Shown: positions 1-9,314, counted from the first letter of the stretch. The stretch: DNA of 32,000 nucleotides from Candidatus Saccharimonadota bacterium (GCA_023898425.1 CP060222.1:540001-572000), one strand, 5' to 3'. The notes: generated by a model not told the origin, from the letters alone. Numbers and translations: made by a program.

Positions 1-578
1 CTGAATAATACCAAAAAGCTTAGCACCTGGATTTAATGAGCCTTCGCGCGTTTTTTTCGAATTGTTCTTTTGAACGTTTTGCCCAACGCGTGGTCAGCTC
101 TAATGCTTCGATAAGTTTTTCGCGTGTTGCAGGTAACTCCGTGCAAACATCTAGCACCATCACGATATCACTACCGATGGTACGCTGAATATCCATACAG
201 AGCTCAGGCGTGAGCATCATCTTGGCGCCATCAATATGCGATTGAAACTTTACACCTTCTTCAGTGAGCTTACGAAGACCTTTTAAACTAAAGACCTGAA
301 AGCCACCAGAATCGGTTAAGAGCGCTCCGTTCCAGTTCATAAAGCTATGCAGCCCTCCCATCTCCTTCATGATCTCCATGCCCGGTCGTAGCCACAAATG
401 GTAGGTATTAGAAAGAAGGATAGGTGAGCCAAGTCGTTCAATATCAAAAGATGAAAGTGTTTTTACCGCGCCCTTGGTGGCGATAGGCATGAAAAACGGC
501 GTCGCTAAATCTGCATGCGGGACTTTTTAGCATGCCCGTTCTCCCCTGTTTGGTTCGTCCAAATAATTCAAAACTCAT
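1..578 (-). pseudogene. tgt: queuine tRNA-ribosyltransferase (Tgt), N-terminal ~190 codons; continues past the left edge; reading frame broken twice as assembled
   Basis: Minus-strand translation gives Tgt hallmarks: MSFELFGRTKQGRTGMLK (ATG 576-578), PHADLATPFFMPIATKGAVK, LLTDSGGFQVFSL, TTRWAKRS, and LFGIIQ at the window edge. Three frames are needed, with shifts at plus-strand T5 524-528 and T7 51-57. Longest intact piece is ORF 20..490. Confidence 0.85.
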
Positions 579-585
579 ATGTATG

Positions 586-1255
586 CTATTTCGGAATATA
601 CTTTTTAATGCTGGCACTCTACGCAGAATCAAGATCGTGGCCAATAATGCAATCGCGAGAGATGCTAATAGCAATTTACCAGCAGGGTTAAGGACCGCCT
701 CACCCAGAAGGGTAAACACAATCGTTGCCGGCAGTGTACCCACAAAGGTCGCCATAAGAAATGTTTTAAAGGGCATCCGCGTAAGCCCCGAACCAAGACT
801 CACAAAATCAGAAGGCACAAATAATAACCGCATCAACATCACCGGGATAAATCCTTCTGCTGTAAGAAGATGGTCAAGTTCTTTTACCCAGCCTTTTTCT
901 TTTTCTTGCACAAAGTGCTGACCAAAAAAAAAACGCGCTAAACCAAATGAAATCCAAGCGGTAAGATTTACACCAAAGACGGCTATCAATAAACCAAGCC
1001 ATGGACCAAATAATGCACCAGATACGATGGCAAAACCCGTTGTTGGAAAAGGTAACAATAGTTGATACAGCATAAACTCCCGTCATCATAACTGGACCCC
1101 AAGCTCCAGATCTGATGAATGACTGATCTGGATAAGATTTGCGAGATCTCGAAAGAGAGTCCTTGCACCGTCATAAATAGATACATCAACCCAAGAATCA
1201 CGAGATAGATGCCAAGGACAGCTAATTTTACATAATGTTCGCGTTTAGACTCCAT
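586..1255 (-). pseudogene. DedA / TVP38-TMEM64 family membrane protein, split over three frames as assembled
   Basis: Three minus frames reconstruct MESKREHYVKLAVLGIYLVILGLMYLF (ATG 1253-1255) / SGAWGPVMMTGVYAVSTIVTF / PTTGFAIVSGALFGPWLGLLIAVFGVNLTAWISFGLARFFFG...LRRVPAL, typical of this family. Frame changes lie near 1100-1165 and at A4 1047-1050. ORF 444..1073 reads through into tgt, but one extra base in T5 602-606 would give ...ALKKYIPK-TAG (586-588). Confidence 0.7.
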
Positions 1256-1256
1256 A

Positions 1257-2845
1257 TTACAATTGGTCTTTTTTATCTTTCATATAATAAAACCATTCTT
1301 CTAGTGCCTGCAAGAAAATCTTGAATGGAGCCTCAAGCACAACATCAAAAAGAATACGATCACATTAAACCTCGAAACGGTTTCGGAGAGAAAACGACCC
1401 ACTTTCAAAACAGGCAACGAAAAGAAGTCGATAATCAAACCACCGACACCCGTTTGCTTTTCATAGGCAACATACTCTTTTGAGGCTAATCGTAAACGAT
1501 ACGCAAAGAAACTCACGACACATAAAAAGAATACAAATACTGCCATACTAATCCAGGTATAACCGATGAGTGACAGGAGCCAGAAAATCAAACCAAAAGA
1601 AACGACAAACATAAAGATATAGCCCAAGGCTAACATCGTGGCACCAAACGTTGAGTAGTGACGTTTACCGCGTAGCTCTATCGCCGTAATGCCCTCGATA
1701 CTCAATAACTCTTCAACGCCGTTTACAATACGTGTGACATTTTCTTTAACGGGCGGACGAATCATCGCACCTACAATAATCATAAGTACCGGTGGAAACA
1801 GCATATTGATAAGCAGTGCTTGTACATGAGGCTTACCGTAAAGTGCAATTTCAATTGGATACTCGAGCACCGCTGCAAAAAGCATCTTTGTTAAAAAGAG
1901 ATAGATAATCGCTCTTACAATACCTCGAGATAAACGACGCTTCGAATCTTGAATACGTACTTCTGCAACACGTTCAATCGCCTTCTTTAAGGCACTTGGA
2001 TCTTCTAGGAGTTCGCGAGCTTTGGTCGGTTCCTCGTTTAATGCCGCTCTTAGAACGGTTAACGAGACGCTCCAAGGTTTTACTGCATTACAAAACTTCT
2101 GATGGTAAGGATGCTTTAAAATGTCCTGTATGCGCTTATGTGAAGACTCTAAACAAGCTACCATCTCATGCACCTCCCCTGTCCAAAGCTCGGGGCGAAG
2201 CCAACGTGGCTCAAATATACGCAAAAGCTTATAGCTTATAAGCGCATCGTCTGCTTTTAAAAAGTTTCGTAAGCAGGCAACAAATATCTGCAAACGTCGT
2301 TCTTCGTCAGTAAGCTCGTTATTTTTTAAGCGAATCTTTTCTCCAACTTGTTCGTAGAGCAGATTAAGAAAAATCTTTTCTTCTTTTTGATCCGTAACGA
2401 CCTCGTCTATTTCTGCGGCTAAAATCTCTAGTAACCATTTTTCAAAATCCGGTATTTTTGAATGGATGCGCTTAACAGCTAAAAACTTTGCTACCATTGC
2501 AGCAATCTCTTTTATTAATTCTTCGGCGTGATGATCATTCGCTAGATACTTGGCTGCAATGAGTTCACGTAACGTTTGTGAGGCGATCTGCTCTGCCTCT
2601 GTTTCTAAACTAAATTGTCGTTTTAAAATTCGAACGATGGCACTTCGGCGTAAAAGATGCTCTTCTTTATAATCAATTGCCGTACGTAAACGCTCGTAAA
2701 ATACTGAAAAACGACTGATCGCGGTATGAACGATTAAGCGTCTTCCTTCGGTGGCAAGCTCAAGCTCCGTGGGCTGGACGGCCTTTGTGAGCAGATCTAT
2801 TTTTGCCTTCGAAATCGTCTCCATAGAATCGGCAAACAGTAGCAA
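1257..2845 (-). CDS. large membrane protein of unknown function (helical N-terminal ~330 aa plus C-terminal TM helices); 3' tail frameshifted as assembled
   Basis: ORF 1301..2845 (514 aa); ATG at 2822-2824 (METISKAK) is an alternative start. C-terminal third has several hydrophobic helices. Adding one base in A5 1347-1351 converts the odd tail ...FFLMLCLRLHSRFSCRH into ...FFFDVVLEAPFKIFLQALEEWFYYMKDKKDQL with TAA at 1257-1259, 1 nt before the DedA ATG. No domain recognised. Confidence 0.6.
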
Positions 2846-2880
2846 TAATACCGCTATTTGTCGAATGGACTTAGCCGTCT

Positions 2881-2911
2881 AAAAAAGAATACCGCCCATA
2901 GTATGAGCGGT
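2881..2911 (-). terminator. rho-independent terminator after orphan gene 2943..3449
   Basis: Hairpin arms ACCGCCC (2891-2897) and GAGCGGT (2905-2911), followed on the minus strand by ATTCTTTTTT. Confidence 0.6.
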
Positions 2912-2942
2912 TTTCATAAGATAGTGAAGCTGCGCTGAGCCA

Positions 2943-3449
2943 TCACCCTAACAGACCAAACCTAGGAGCCATTATCCCCTTGTATCGACCGCCCCGAAAT
3001 CCTGCTTCAGGAAATGGCGGTTCATAAGTCATAACGAAGTAGCAACTGCTTGGCCAGATCCACTTCCAATGTTCATCGATGATGACGCCGTTCTGAGCAA
3101 GGACATAGTCGATAAAGTTCTTGGCACGATCGGACTCGGCTACGATTCTCTCCCGTAAATAGATTACGGGATCCGGCAATGTCTTCATAGCCTTATCGGA
3201 GGGAAACTCGAGTCGTGAGCTTCCGATTCTTCCAAGTGTATACCTCTTGCCACGCTTACCAACTGCGCAATGCAGCATCCGATGAGTACGATCTGGCTTT
3301 TCGAGGGCAAAGACCTCATACCAGGCCGTGACCAACCCCTCTGCCTGAGGTAGCCATCGCACCCAATAGTCGTTTGGCCGAGCCTTGGGCGTACGCCCGA
3401 ACTTCTTTTGATGCTTCTTGGGAGCTGAGACACTGACAATTTCGTTCAT
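2943..3449 (-). CDS. hypothetical protein, 168 aa, no recognised domain
   Basis: ORF 2943..3449 with a strong SD (GGAGGTATC-ATG) and its own terminator. Basic N-terminus (KKHQKKFGRTPKARP). No signal peptide or TM seen. Confidence 0.6.
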   Translation of the reverse strand: MNEIVSVSAPKKHQKKFGRTPKARPNDYWVRWLPQAEGLVTAWYEVFALEKPDRTHRMLHCAVGKRGKRYTLGRIGSSRLEFPSDKAMKTLPDPVIYLRERIVAESDRAKNFIDYVLAQNGVIIDEHWKWIWPSSCYFVMTYEPPFPEAGFRGGRYKGIMAPRFGLLG

Positions 3450-3479
3450 GATACCTCCGTGACCCGAGATTACACGGTT

Positions 3480-3777
3480 TTATGAAAGCGTCAAAACAAT
3501 ATCTACTGAATATCCTTGCCCTACTTTTTTCTTTTTTTCGGACGCTTGCTTTTATTGGTAACAAATAACTCCCCGATTGTTTATCTGGAAATATCGACGT
3601 GTCCCAACTTGTCTTTCCAATTGTCGCCTTTACCTTAACCGCTCCCCACCCTCTGCGCTTTACACGCTCCTGAGATGTTTTTACCTGTTCTGCGCTTGCT
3701 TTATCGAGTGTGACAAAATGCCAATTTGCCGACTCGCCCGGATAGAGCCAAATCTTTGCTGTAAACTCCAGCTTCAT
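3480..3777 (-). CDS. DUF1905-like domain protein; 3' end frameshifted as assembled
   Basis: MKLEFTAKIWLYPGESANWHFVTLDKASAEQVK...WGAVKVKATIGKTSWDTSIFPDKQSGSYLLPIKASVRKKEK matches the DUF1905 pattern as I recall it. Removing one base in T6 3525-3530 (or T7 3532-3538) gives ...KKEKVGQGYSVDIVLTLS-TAA (3480-3482) instead of a run-on into the next gene (ORF 3316..3777). Confidence 0.6.
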
Positions 3778-3788
3778 AAGCTATTACC

Positions 3789-4277
3789 TTAACTCAGCTT
3801 TTTGCAAAAGGAACGCCAAAAGCTCTGCACCAAATCCATACTTCGTTGTATTTTTTCGCTATCAAATCCATTAGGAAGTTCATAGTTTTGAGAGCCTTTG
3901 TCTCCTTTTAAACGTCCCACTTCAGACTTTTTGCTATATTCTCCGTCTTTTCCAAAGCCAACAAATAAATCAGGACCATTTGCGACAGAAAAATCTTCTT
4001 CAAAACGCACATAGGTTTTGTCATCCACCGTGATAATACGTGCTGTACCACTTCCGTAGTGGACGGCATCAAAACCCGTAAATGACCCTTGTGACACGGT
4101 CTCTACCGTCGACGTTGTGATGATGCCTGCTCCCATTTCTTCTGACGTCGGCACAATCGGCAGCGCCTCCTCTACCGTGTTACTGATCCAAAAAGGCGAA
4201 ATAAGCCAATAGGCTACACCTGCAACCAAAATGGCGCATATAACTATAGCTGGCCAAAGTATTTTTTTGCTCGTCAT
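3789..4277 (-). CDS. DM13 domain-containing protein with N-terminal membrane anchor/signal; last ~20 codons frameshifted as assembled
   Basis: N-terminal hydrophobic helix (ILWPAIVICAILVAGVAYWLI), then GSFTGFDAVHYGSGTARIITVDDKTYVRFEEDFSVANGPDLFVGFGKDG, typical of DM13. Removing one base in T6 3851-3856 gives ...DSEKYNEVWIWCRAFGVPFAKS-TGA (3794-3796). Confidence 0.7.
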   Translation of the reverse strand: MTSKKILWPAIVICAILVAGVAYWLISPFWISNTVEEALPIVPTSEEMGAGIITTSTVETVSQGSFTGFDAVHYGSGTARIITVDDKTYVRFEEDFSVANGPDLFVGFGKDGEYSKKSEVGRLKGDKGSQNYELPNGFDSEKIQRSMDLVQSFWRSFCKKLS

Positions 4278-4313
4278 ATTATGATGCAGTATAACTCATG
4301 TTTCATAACAAGA

Positions 4314-4345
4314 GAAACAAAAAACCGCCCTTTCGAGCGGTGTTT
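4314..4345 (-). terminator. rho-independent terminator after gene 4384..4857
   Basis: ACCGCCC (4324-4330) - tttc - GAGCGGT (4335-4341). The minus strand then continues with TTTTTTGTTT. Confidence 0.65.
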
Positions 4346-4383
4346 CAGAGTATGTCTATGCCAGTATTAGACCTCAAGATAAC

Positions 4384-4857
4384 TCACAGGTTACGCAACA
4401 CAAACGGTGCGTCAGTTTGCATCAATTCCTCCATTCCAGAGCGATAGCGTTGAACATGTCCTTTGCCCTGTGCATCAGGAATCCATATTCCTGCATAATG
4501 CATACCAGTATCAGCACAATCCACTCTTGGACAACCGACGAGGCGCAGAGGCTCTTTGCTATATACAACAATATTCTGCTTAGAAAGATATGTGTCTTTG
4601 TGACGCTCTTTAGGGCTATAGAGCGTCACATCATAACCAACCACAATAGGACGGTCACACCACGGGCATTGAATAGCCATGCCTGCCAGACAGTCGAAAC
4701 AGTATTCTGCCGTTCCATCTTTTCCGCCAGGAAGCTGTAAATCGGTATAAAGCTCACCGAAAATTTCTCGTGTTTCGACAAGCGCCGATACATGTCCGCA
4801 CGCCGGCGTTACACGCTTTGAAAACTTTTGCGCAAACCAGTTGCGAATACGTTGCAT
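4384..4857 (-). CDS. hypothetical Cys-rich protein, 157 aa; member of a 3-copy paralog family in this window
   Basis: ORF 4384..4917; preferred start is ATG 4855-4857 (MQRIRNWFAQKF) behind the SD-like GGGAGAGAAGTC. CFDC-x7-CPWC looks like a zinc ribbon. Shares DRPIVVGYDVTL, YLSKQNIVVYSKEPLRLVG and EELMQTD blocks with the gene at 22066..22598. Confidence 0.6.
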   Translation of the reverse strand: MQRIRNWFAQKFSKRVTPACGHVSALVETREIFGELYTDLQLPGGKDGTAEYCFDCLAGMAIQCPWCDRPIVVGYDVTLYSPKERHKDTYLSKQNIVVYSKEPLRLVGCPRVDCADTGMHYAGIWIPDAQGKGHVQRYRSGMEELMQTDAPFVLRNL

Positions 4858-4916
4858 GACTTCTCTCCCGTGCAAAAGGTACAGAGGGAACCTCTCATAA
4901 TAAAATTTGTATGTCA

Positions 4917-4949
4917 ATAAAAAACACCGCCCTTTCGGACGGTGTTTTT
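4917..4949 (-). terminator. rho-independent terminator directly after tRNA-Val (end of the valS-to-tRNA operon)
   Basis: ACCGCCC (4926-4932) - tttc - GGACGGT (4937-4943). T/A runs flank both sides; the minus strand reads GTTTTTTATT after the hairpin. Lies 1-3 nt from the CCA end of tRNA-Val. Confidence 0.7.
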
Positions 4950-4950
4950 G

Positions 4951-5027
4951 TGGTGGACACTGTAGGATTCGAACCTACGACCCCCTCGGTGTAAACGAGG
5001 TGCTCTAACCAACTGAGCTAAGTGTCC
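4951..5027 (-). tRNA. tRNA-Val (anticodon TAC), CCA encoded
   Basis: Reverse complement GGACACTTAGCTCAGTTGGTTAGAGCACCTCGTTTACACCGAGGGGGTCGTAGGTTCGAATCCTACAGTGTCCACCA folds as a cloverleaf: 7-bp acceptor, GCTC/GAGC D stem, CCTCG/CGAGG anticodon stem with loop TTTACAC, GTAGG/CCTAC T stem. Confidence 0.95.
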
Positions 5028-5028
5028 A

Positions 5029-5115
5029 TGGTGCTGAGGAGAGGACTTGAACCTCCATACCCTTGCGGGTGCTACCACCTCAAGGTAGTGCGTCTGCCAG
5101 TTTCGCCACCTCAGC
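5029..5115 (-). tRNA. tRNA-Leu (anticodon GAG), long variable arm, CCA encoded
   Basis: Reverse complement GCTGAGGTGGCGAAACTGGCAGACGCACTACCTTGAGGTGGTAGCACCCGCAAGGGTATGGAGGTTCAAGTCCTCTCCTCAGCACCA. Acceptor GCTGAGG/CCTCAGC, anticodon stem CTACC/GGTAG with loop TTGAGGT, class II variable arm. Only 1 nt separates it from tRNA-Val. Confidence 0.95.
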
Positions 5116-5173
5116 GGGGGCTCTCCACGAAACGGTAAACCCTTACGTGGTGTGGCGAGAAGATACCAAATAG

Positions 5174-5929
5174 CTACTTGCCTTGCAAGTCCTCTCGCTT
5201 TTGACGACCCACAATCCACTTTAAACCGCTATGTTGCAGAGAAAAATCGATATTTACGCCATTAAGCTCAACGCCATCTACCATTAATACAACTTGGCTA
5301 TCTGACTTAATATGTCCTGCTTTCGCACGAACATGCGTTCTAGCCGTTTGTTTAACGTGTTTAAAAAACGATTTTTTTGATTCATCAATATCAACATAAA
5401 CATCGAGTTCACCATCATTACAATCAGACCCCTGCTTGAGGTTTACAAGCCTCATAGCGCCATCTTGCTGGCATTGAATAGTATACTTACCCTCAATACT
5501 TAAAAGCGCCTTAGGATCACGAATAACAACCTCAGTAAGAAATGGTCGGTCGCCGATGAAGCCTAAATCCACTTGCCGAACAAAACGAGCCGCTAAACAG
5601 TTTACTGCTTCTTCTAGTTTTTCTGGGATCAATAATTGTTGCGCTATCGGTGAGGCTTCACAAGGGATATACCCTATCACCACATTCGCCTCTGCAATAA
5701 TCGGCAAAATTTTTATCAACGTAGCATCATTACCAACAACGATAATGGTTGCGGCGCCTTTCGAAAGCGCTTCTTTGGCAAGTTCCTTTATGCCACGAAA
5801 TGCGCCTTCTCGAAGGGTTTGCCCCTCGAGCTGTCTTCGCGATAATTCTGCTTCGAGTCGCGAAACCCACCTCTCTTGCGAACGATCCGAGAGTTTCGCG
5901 TCAAAGAGATAGGCATACTGATAGGTCAT
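5174..5929 (-). CDS. diacylglycerol/lipid kinase (DAGK_cat, YegS/BmrU-like) family protein with degenerate GGDGT motif
   Basis: ORF 5174..5929, 251 aa. ATIIVVGNDATLIKILP sits where the family has vv.GGDGT. Overall length and layout resemble YegS-type kinases. Start ATG (5927-5929) overlaps the corrected bactofilin stop (ATGA). Confidence 0.6.
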   Translation of the reverse strand: MTYQYAYLFDAKLSDRSQERWVSRLEAELSRRQLEGQTLREGAFRGIKELAKEALSKGAATIIVVGNDATLIKILPIIAEANVVIGYIPCEASPIAQQLLIPEKLEEAVNCLAARFVRQVDLGFIGDRPFLTEVVIRDPKALLSIEGKYTIQCQQDGAMRLVNLKQGSDCNDGELDVYVDIDESKKSFFKHVKQTARTHVRAKAGHIKSDSQVVLMVDGVELNGVNIDFSLQHSGLKWIVGRQKREDLQGK

Positions 5930-6308
5930 GATCCAGTGATCGTTGTTTTACCGTCGATGGTAGCCCCCGCTCCACAGAGAGCGTCTTTGCTACGATATCT
6001 CCTTTTACAATGGACGTTGCTAATAAATCGAGACCTTCGTCTACGGTAAGAGGCCCCGTTAATTGGCCCGCAACACTCGCTGATCCTGCTTTTACAATAC
6101 CGTCAATAACGGCATCTTTGCCAACAATAAGACGCCCAATAGTGCTGAGTTTGCCTTTTAACTCGCCCTCTATGGTGACGTTACCGTCACTCGAAAAATC
6201 CCCTTCGACACGAACGCCTTTAGCGATAATAGTCGTTACTGCAGCGGACTCATTGTTTTGAGTAGGCTCTTCGATCGTTGTAGGGGTGGATTTTCCAAAC
6301 ATAGACAT
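5926..6308 (-). CDS. bactofilin (polymer-forming cytoskeletal protein, DUF583); 3' end frameshifted as assembled
   Basis: Repetitive beta-helix pattern IIAKGVRVEGDFSSDGNVTIEGELKGKLSTIGRLIVGKDAVIDGIVKAGSASVAGQLTGPL.... Adding one base in C5 5964-5968 gives ...LSVERGATIDGKTTITGS-TGA (5926-5928) instead of ORF end 5901. Confidence 0.75.
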
Positions 6309-6334
6309 AGGGTTATAAGACTATTTTAGCGCAA

Positions 6335-8085
6335 TTACATTTCTTCTGGTAGTGGGATCGAAAGGAGTGCAAGACCATTCTTTAAGCCCTGAAGCGCAGC
6401 GGCCGATAAACGTAAACGAGCTGCCTTATCTTCTGGTGATGCTTCGATGACTGGGACATCACGATAAAAGGCATTGATTGCATGCGAGACATCAATACAC
6501 CATTGCGCGACGACACTTGGTCGTAACTCCGCAGCTGCTTGTTCAACACATTTTGGTAGACGCAATAACTCTTGAGCAAGAATCTTTTCTGACGGATGCG
6601 AAAACGCTGACTGAATTGAGCCCTTTGGCACACCGCCTGCTTTACGAATAATCGAATGCAAACGTGTTGCCGCATACTGACAATATGGGCCGGTATCGCC
6701 ATCAAAGGCCATCGCCTGTTCCATATCAAAGACGTAAATACGATCATTATCTTGTCGTAACATGCCAAACTTTAGACCCGCTTGCGCAAGACACCAAGCC
6801 GTATGGGTTACTTTACCCTCTGACCAGTCTTCGTGACGCTTAATAATTTCAGCGCGTGCAAAGTCCGTTACGTTTTCAACAAAATCTTGGTAGGTGATGA
6901 TATTGCCTTTTACGGCTCGACATGGCACCTTCTTTGAGGGTTACAAAGTCGTATCCGACGTGTACATCATTTGTACTCAACCCCATTCGCTTTAATACCT
7001 CAAACAATTGTTTAAAGTAAAATGACTGACGATTATCTACCAAGATGATGCTTTTATCTACTAGTGGAAATTCTTTTTCTTAAGCTCAGCTAGCGCAATA
7101 TCTTTTGTTGAATAAAGAGAATTACCATCAGATTTACGCACTAAAAAACACCGAGCTTTACATCTTCAAGATCAACGACCGTTGCCCCCTGACTCTCGGT
7201 GGCTACGCCCTTTTCGATAAGAACATCTACCATTTCTTGGCCACGTGCTACCACCTCTGATTCGAGATATTGTCGCGTGATACGTACATCGAGCTCATCA
7301 AAATTACGTAGCATCTCTTCAAGACACCAGCGACGCGTTTCGAGCCAAAGCTTAGTCCATGCAGGCTCACCTGATTCTAAAGCTTTTAATACCGCTGATG
7401 ATTCGTCTTTATATTCTGGATGTTCTTCGAGAGCTGCCGAAGCCTGCGTATATACATGTCCAAGATATTTACCGGTTGCTTGCTCTGGGCTCACGTCTTT
7501 TAATAAAGCGTCTACGCTCTCTACTGTAAGAGCAAGATCGACTTTTCTGTCTTTAACAAAGTACCACAAACACTTTGCGACATGAGCCCCAACATCACCT
7601 TGGTAGCTCACAGGGATTACATGATACCCCGCTTTCTCTAATAGAAGCTGCGCAGATCGCCCCAAAAAGAGATTACGCAAATGTCCTACATGAATCTCTT
7701 TATGCGTATTGAGCGAAGCGTACTCCAAGAGAATACTTTTTGACTGACCAATATTTACCGCGCCGTAAGTATCTTTTGTTTCTTCGATATCCAAAATGGT
7801 ACGTCGTACGAGCACCTCATTAGAAAAACGAACATTGAGATACGGTCCTGCGGCTTCAAAAGCTACGATTCCTTCGTGTTCTGGCACAAGCTCTGAGGCA
7901 AGGCTTTTTGCAATATCTGCCGGTGACTTGCCCATAGCTTTTGCAAAAGCAAAACAACCAATGGATATATCCCCCATTTCTGGATTTGGCGGTAAGACAA
8001 ATTGTTGTTCTTGTACTTCAATACCCAACTTTTCCGTAAGTTGTTTTGCGAGCTCGGACTTCCAGATATCTAATACGGTTTTCAT
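6335..8085 (-). pseudogene. argS: arginine--tRNA ligase, broken into three frames by three homopolymer indels as assembled
   Basis: N-terminal ORF 7141..8085 (HVGHLRN = HIGH motif). The middle piece in other frames reads LVRKSDGNSLYSTKDIALAELK / EFPLVDKSIILVDNRQSFYFKQLFEVLKRMGLSTNDVHVGYDFVTLKEGAMSSRK. C-terminal ORF 6335..6928 reads GNIITYQDFVENV.... Shifts at A6 7143-7148 (+1 needed), T5 7074-7078 (+1 needed), T4 6908-6911 (-1 needed). Confidence 0.9.
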
Positions 8086-9293
8086 ACGCCTTTTACGTGA
8101 ACAAAATGTCTTTTGCCTTTTTGAATCAAAAGACCTTCGCTGTCAATTTGAAGCATTGTTTTTGGCTCTGTGGTAACTTCGTCTTTTACGCGCACGCCGC
8201 CTTGCTCAATTTGTTTACGTGCATCCGTTTTTGAAGAACAAAGTCCGGTAGATACGAGCAATTCAACCAGCGCATGCTCCCCTGACGGGATCTCAAAAAC
8301 CGCAATATCTTCTGGTTTCTCATGCTTTTGATGGACGGTTTCAAAATGCTGTTGGGCTTTTTCGGCCGCCTCTTCGCCTGCAATCCATTTGGTTACACGA
8401 TAAGCGAGGTCTTTTTTGTATTGCATTGGATTTTCTCCTTTTGCTAGAGAGTCTTTAATCACAGCAATTTCTGATGCGTCTAGCTTTGTACAAAGCTCAT
8501 AGGTAGGAATAAGCATGGTATCTGGCCAGCGCATCACCTTACCAAAAACATCAACTGGATCATCTTCGAGATTGACGCCATTGCCATCGGTCTTGCCCAT
8601 TTTTTTGCCATTCTCGTCAACAAGGAGTCGATGCGCCATCACAAATTTTTCTTTGCCTTTGATGGACTTCATAAGATCACGTCCAGCAAGCATATTGAAT
8701 GTCTGATCGTTACCACCAATCTCAAGATCCACGTCTAGAACAACGGAGTCGTATCCCTGCATAAGCGGATAAAAGAATTCGTGCAGGTAAATCGGCTTAT
8801 CTTCTTTCATGCGTTTTTCAAACATATCGCGCTCAAGCATTTGCTGAACGGTAAAATGTGATGATAACTGGATCACCTCTTCAAAGGTCATCTTGCTATA
8901 CCAGTCACCATTGTAACGAACCTCGCATGGATTCTCACCATCAAAAGAAAGAAAACGTGATGCGAGTTTGAGATAGTTTTTTGCATACTCTTTAACTTGC
9001 TCCGGCGTTTGTTGCACACGTGCCGCCGTTTTATCTGTTGGATCTCCGATAATGGAGGTAAAGGTACCGATCAATAAAATGACGTGGTGACCCAATGCTT
9101 GCAACTCGGCAAGCTTACTCATCATGAGCGCATGACCTAAATGCAATTGACCGGTAGCATCCATCCCTAAATAAGCAGAGATACGCTCGCCTTTTAACAA
9201 TTTTTCTTTAAGTCCTTCTGTCGTTGGTAGTACACGCTCTATCCCATGAGAAAGAAACTGCCCAATGGCGTTTTTGTCGGTATTGATCTTCAT
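8082..9293 (-). CDS. tyrS: tyrosine--tRNA ligase
   Basis: 403-aa ORF with HLGH (QLHLGHALMM), KMSKS variant KKMGKT, and a C-terminal S4-like domain. Its stop overlaps the argS start (ATGA at 8082-8085). Confidence 0.95.
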   Translation of the reverse strand: MKINTDKNAIGQFLSHGIERVLPTTEGLKEKLLKGERISAYLGMDATGQLHLGHALMMSKLAELQALGHHVILLIGTFTSIIGDPTDKTAARVQQTPEQVKEYAKNYLKLASRFLSFDGENPCEVRYNGDWYSKMTFEEVIQLSSHFTVQQMLERDMFEKRMKEDKPIYLHEFFYPLMQGYDSVVLDVDLEIGGNDQTFNMLAGRDLMKSIKGKEKFVMAHRLLVDENGKKMGKTDGNGVNLEDDPVDVFGKVMRWPDTMLIPTYELCTKLDASEIAVIKDSLAKGENPMQYKKDLAYRVTKWIAGEEAAEKAQQHFETVHQKHEKPEDIAVFEIPSGEHALVELLVSTGLCSSKTDARKQIEQGGVRVKDEVTTEPKTMLQIDSEGLLIQKGKRHFVHVKGV

Positions 9294-9314
9294 AACTTCG
9301 TTCGAATACTACGT

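Noticed and set aside
444-1073. Apparent in-frame fusion of the DedA-type membrane protein to the N-terminus of Tgt, with no stop between them.
   Set aside because: A single-base change in the T5 run at 602-606 restores a short DedA C-terminus and a TAG 7 nt before the tgt ATG. Given the many other homopolymer indels nearby, the fusion is most likely an artefact.
2943-3449. Clear GC-rich island signature for the orphan 168-aa gene.
   Set aside because: My hand counts of 60-nt samples ranged from 45% to 62% and overlap values from core genes (up to 50%). This is too noisy to claim without a proper windowed calculation.
4914-5219. 101-aa minus-strand ORF spanning the tRNA region.
   Set aside because: It is translated straight through tRNA-Val and tRNA-Leu, both of which fold into canonical cloverleaves. 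It is not a protein gene.
1-7148. Programmed ribosomal frameshifting, or transcriptional slippage rescuing the broken genes (as described for long poly(A) tracts in insect endosymbionts).
   Set aside because: The runs are short (4-7 nt), of different bases, and require both +1 and -1 corrections. They occur up to three times per gene without recognisable slippery-site or stimulator architecture. Sequence error is more parsimonious, but this cannot be excluded without reads.
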